Source of the DNA: Eremomyces bilateralis CBS 781.70
Lineage: Eukaryota
Assembly: GCA_010015585.1 (NCBI GenBank)
Contig: ML975153.1
DNA length: 64,000 nucleotides
Reading direction: 5' to 3' (one strand)
Of this stretch, positions 63,681 through 64,000 are shown piece by piece. Position numbers and translations under genes: made by a program. The notes under the pieces were generated by a model, which saw only the letters and a list, made by a program, of their open reading frames with translations, did no database searches and was not told the origin of the DNA. Numbering within the stretch: position 1 is the first letter of the stretch; the number at the start of each line of letters is the position of its first letter.

Positions 63681-64000
63681 ATGTCTAAAGCTCCATCGTC
63701 AGAGGATACAAAGACCAATGTTTTTGAGTATGCGAGGAAATGGGGTGGTACGTCGACGGCTATTTCGCCCTCACCAATGACCTGGAGCTCATTCGTGTGT
63801 AGAAAACCCATTGCCTCCCACTGTGCTGGCAACTCTGATCACAGCTCAACACGCTCGACCTCTGCAAAAACTTCCTATGGTCTTCGCTCCCCTATTTCTG
63901 TTCACCTCGTACATGAACCTAGGTGGTTACAAAACGGAGGCCGCAGGAACGTCAGCCGCATGGAGCGCCCTCTATATGCTCCTAGCCAGCCGACGCAAAC
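63681..64000 (+). CDS. Small membrane protein, Aim19-like; truncated by the window end
   Basis: Manual splicing gives MSKAPSSEDTKTNVFEYARKWG/ENPLPPTVLATLITAQHARPLQKLPMVFAPLFLFTSYMNLGGYKTEAAGTSAAWSALYMLLASRRK; upstream 5' UTR intron ~63599-63670; absent from the ORF track. Confidence 0.65.
   Translation, partial: MSKAPSSEDTKTNVFEYARKWGGTSTAISPSPMTWSSFVCRKPIASHCAGNSDHSSTRSTSAKTSYGLRSPISVHLVHEPRWLQNGGRRNVSRMERPLYAPSQPTQ

Overview
This is intron-rich filamentous ascomycete (Pezizomycotina-like, by inference) genomic DNA. Most of the window is a housekeeping backbone: SEC21, PLP2, a Yap/Fcr3-like bZIP, LIP5, MED12/SRB8, an Asterix-like microexon gene, SUI1, a UBX protein, a SPOUT methyltransferase, NADP-GDH, MED5/NUT1, UTP25, eIF3f, TAF13, AHC1-like, VPS29, AGX1, CHK1, HLJ1 and AIM19-like. 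Three accessory insertions interrupt it. The first is a decayed SRPK-like kinase pseudogene (~19.5-21.0 kb). The second is an island at ~29.7-38.0 kb with a PD-(D/E)XK-like nuclease gene, a broken piggyBac, a Tc1/mariner transposase spanning an 859-N gap, and a HET-domain gene. The third is an intact 2782-bp hAT transposon with perfect 20-bp TIRs and an 8-bp TSD between VPS29 and AGX1. Smaller points of interest are a triplicated 25-aa segment in the SPOUT protein, the poor-context eIF1 start codon, structured long introns and a probable dual-targeted AGX1. All product calls come from recognising motifs by eye; no searches were run.
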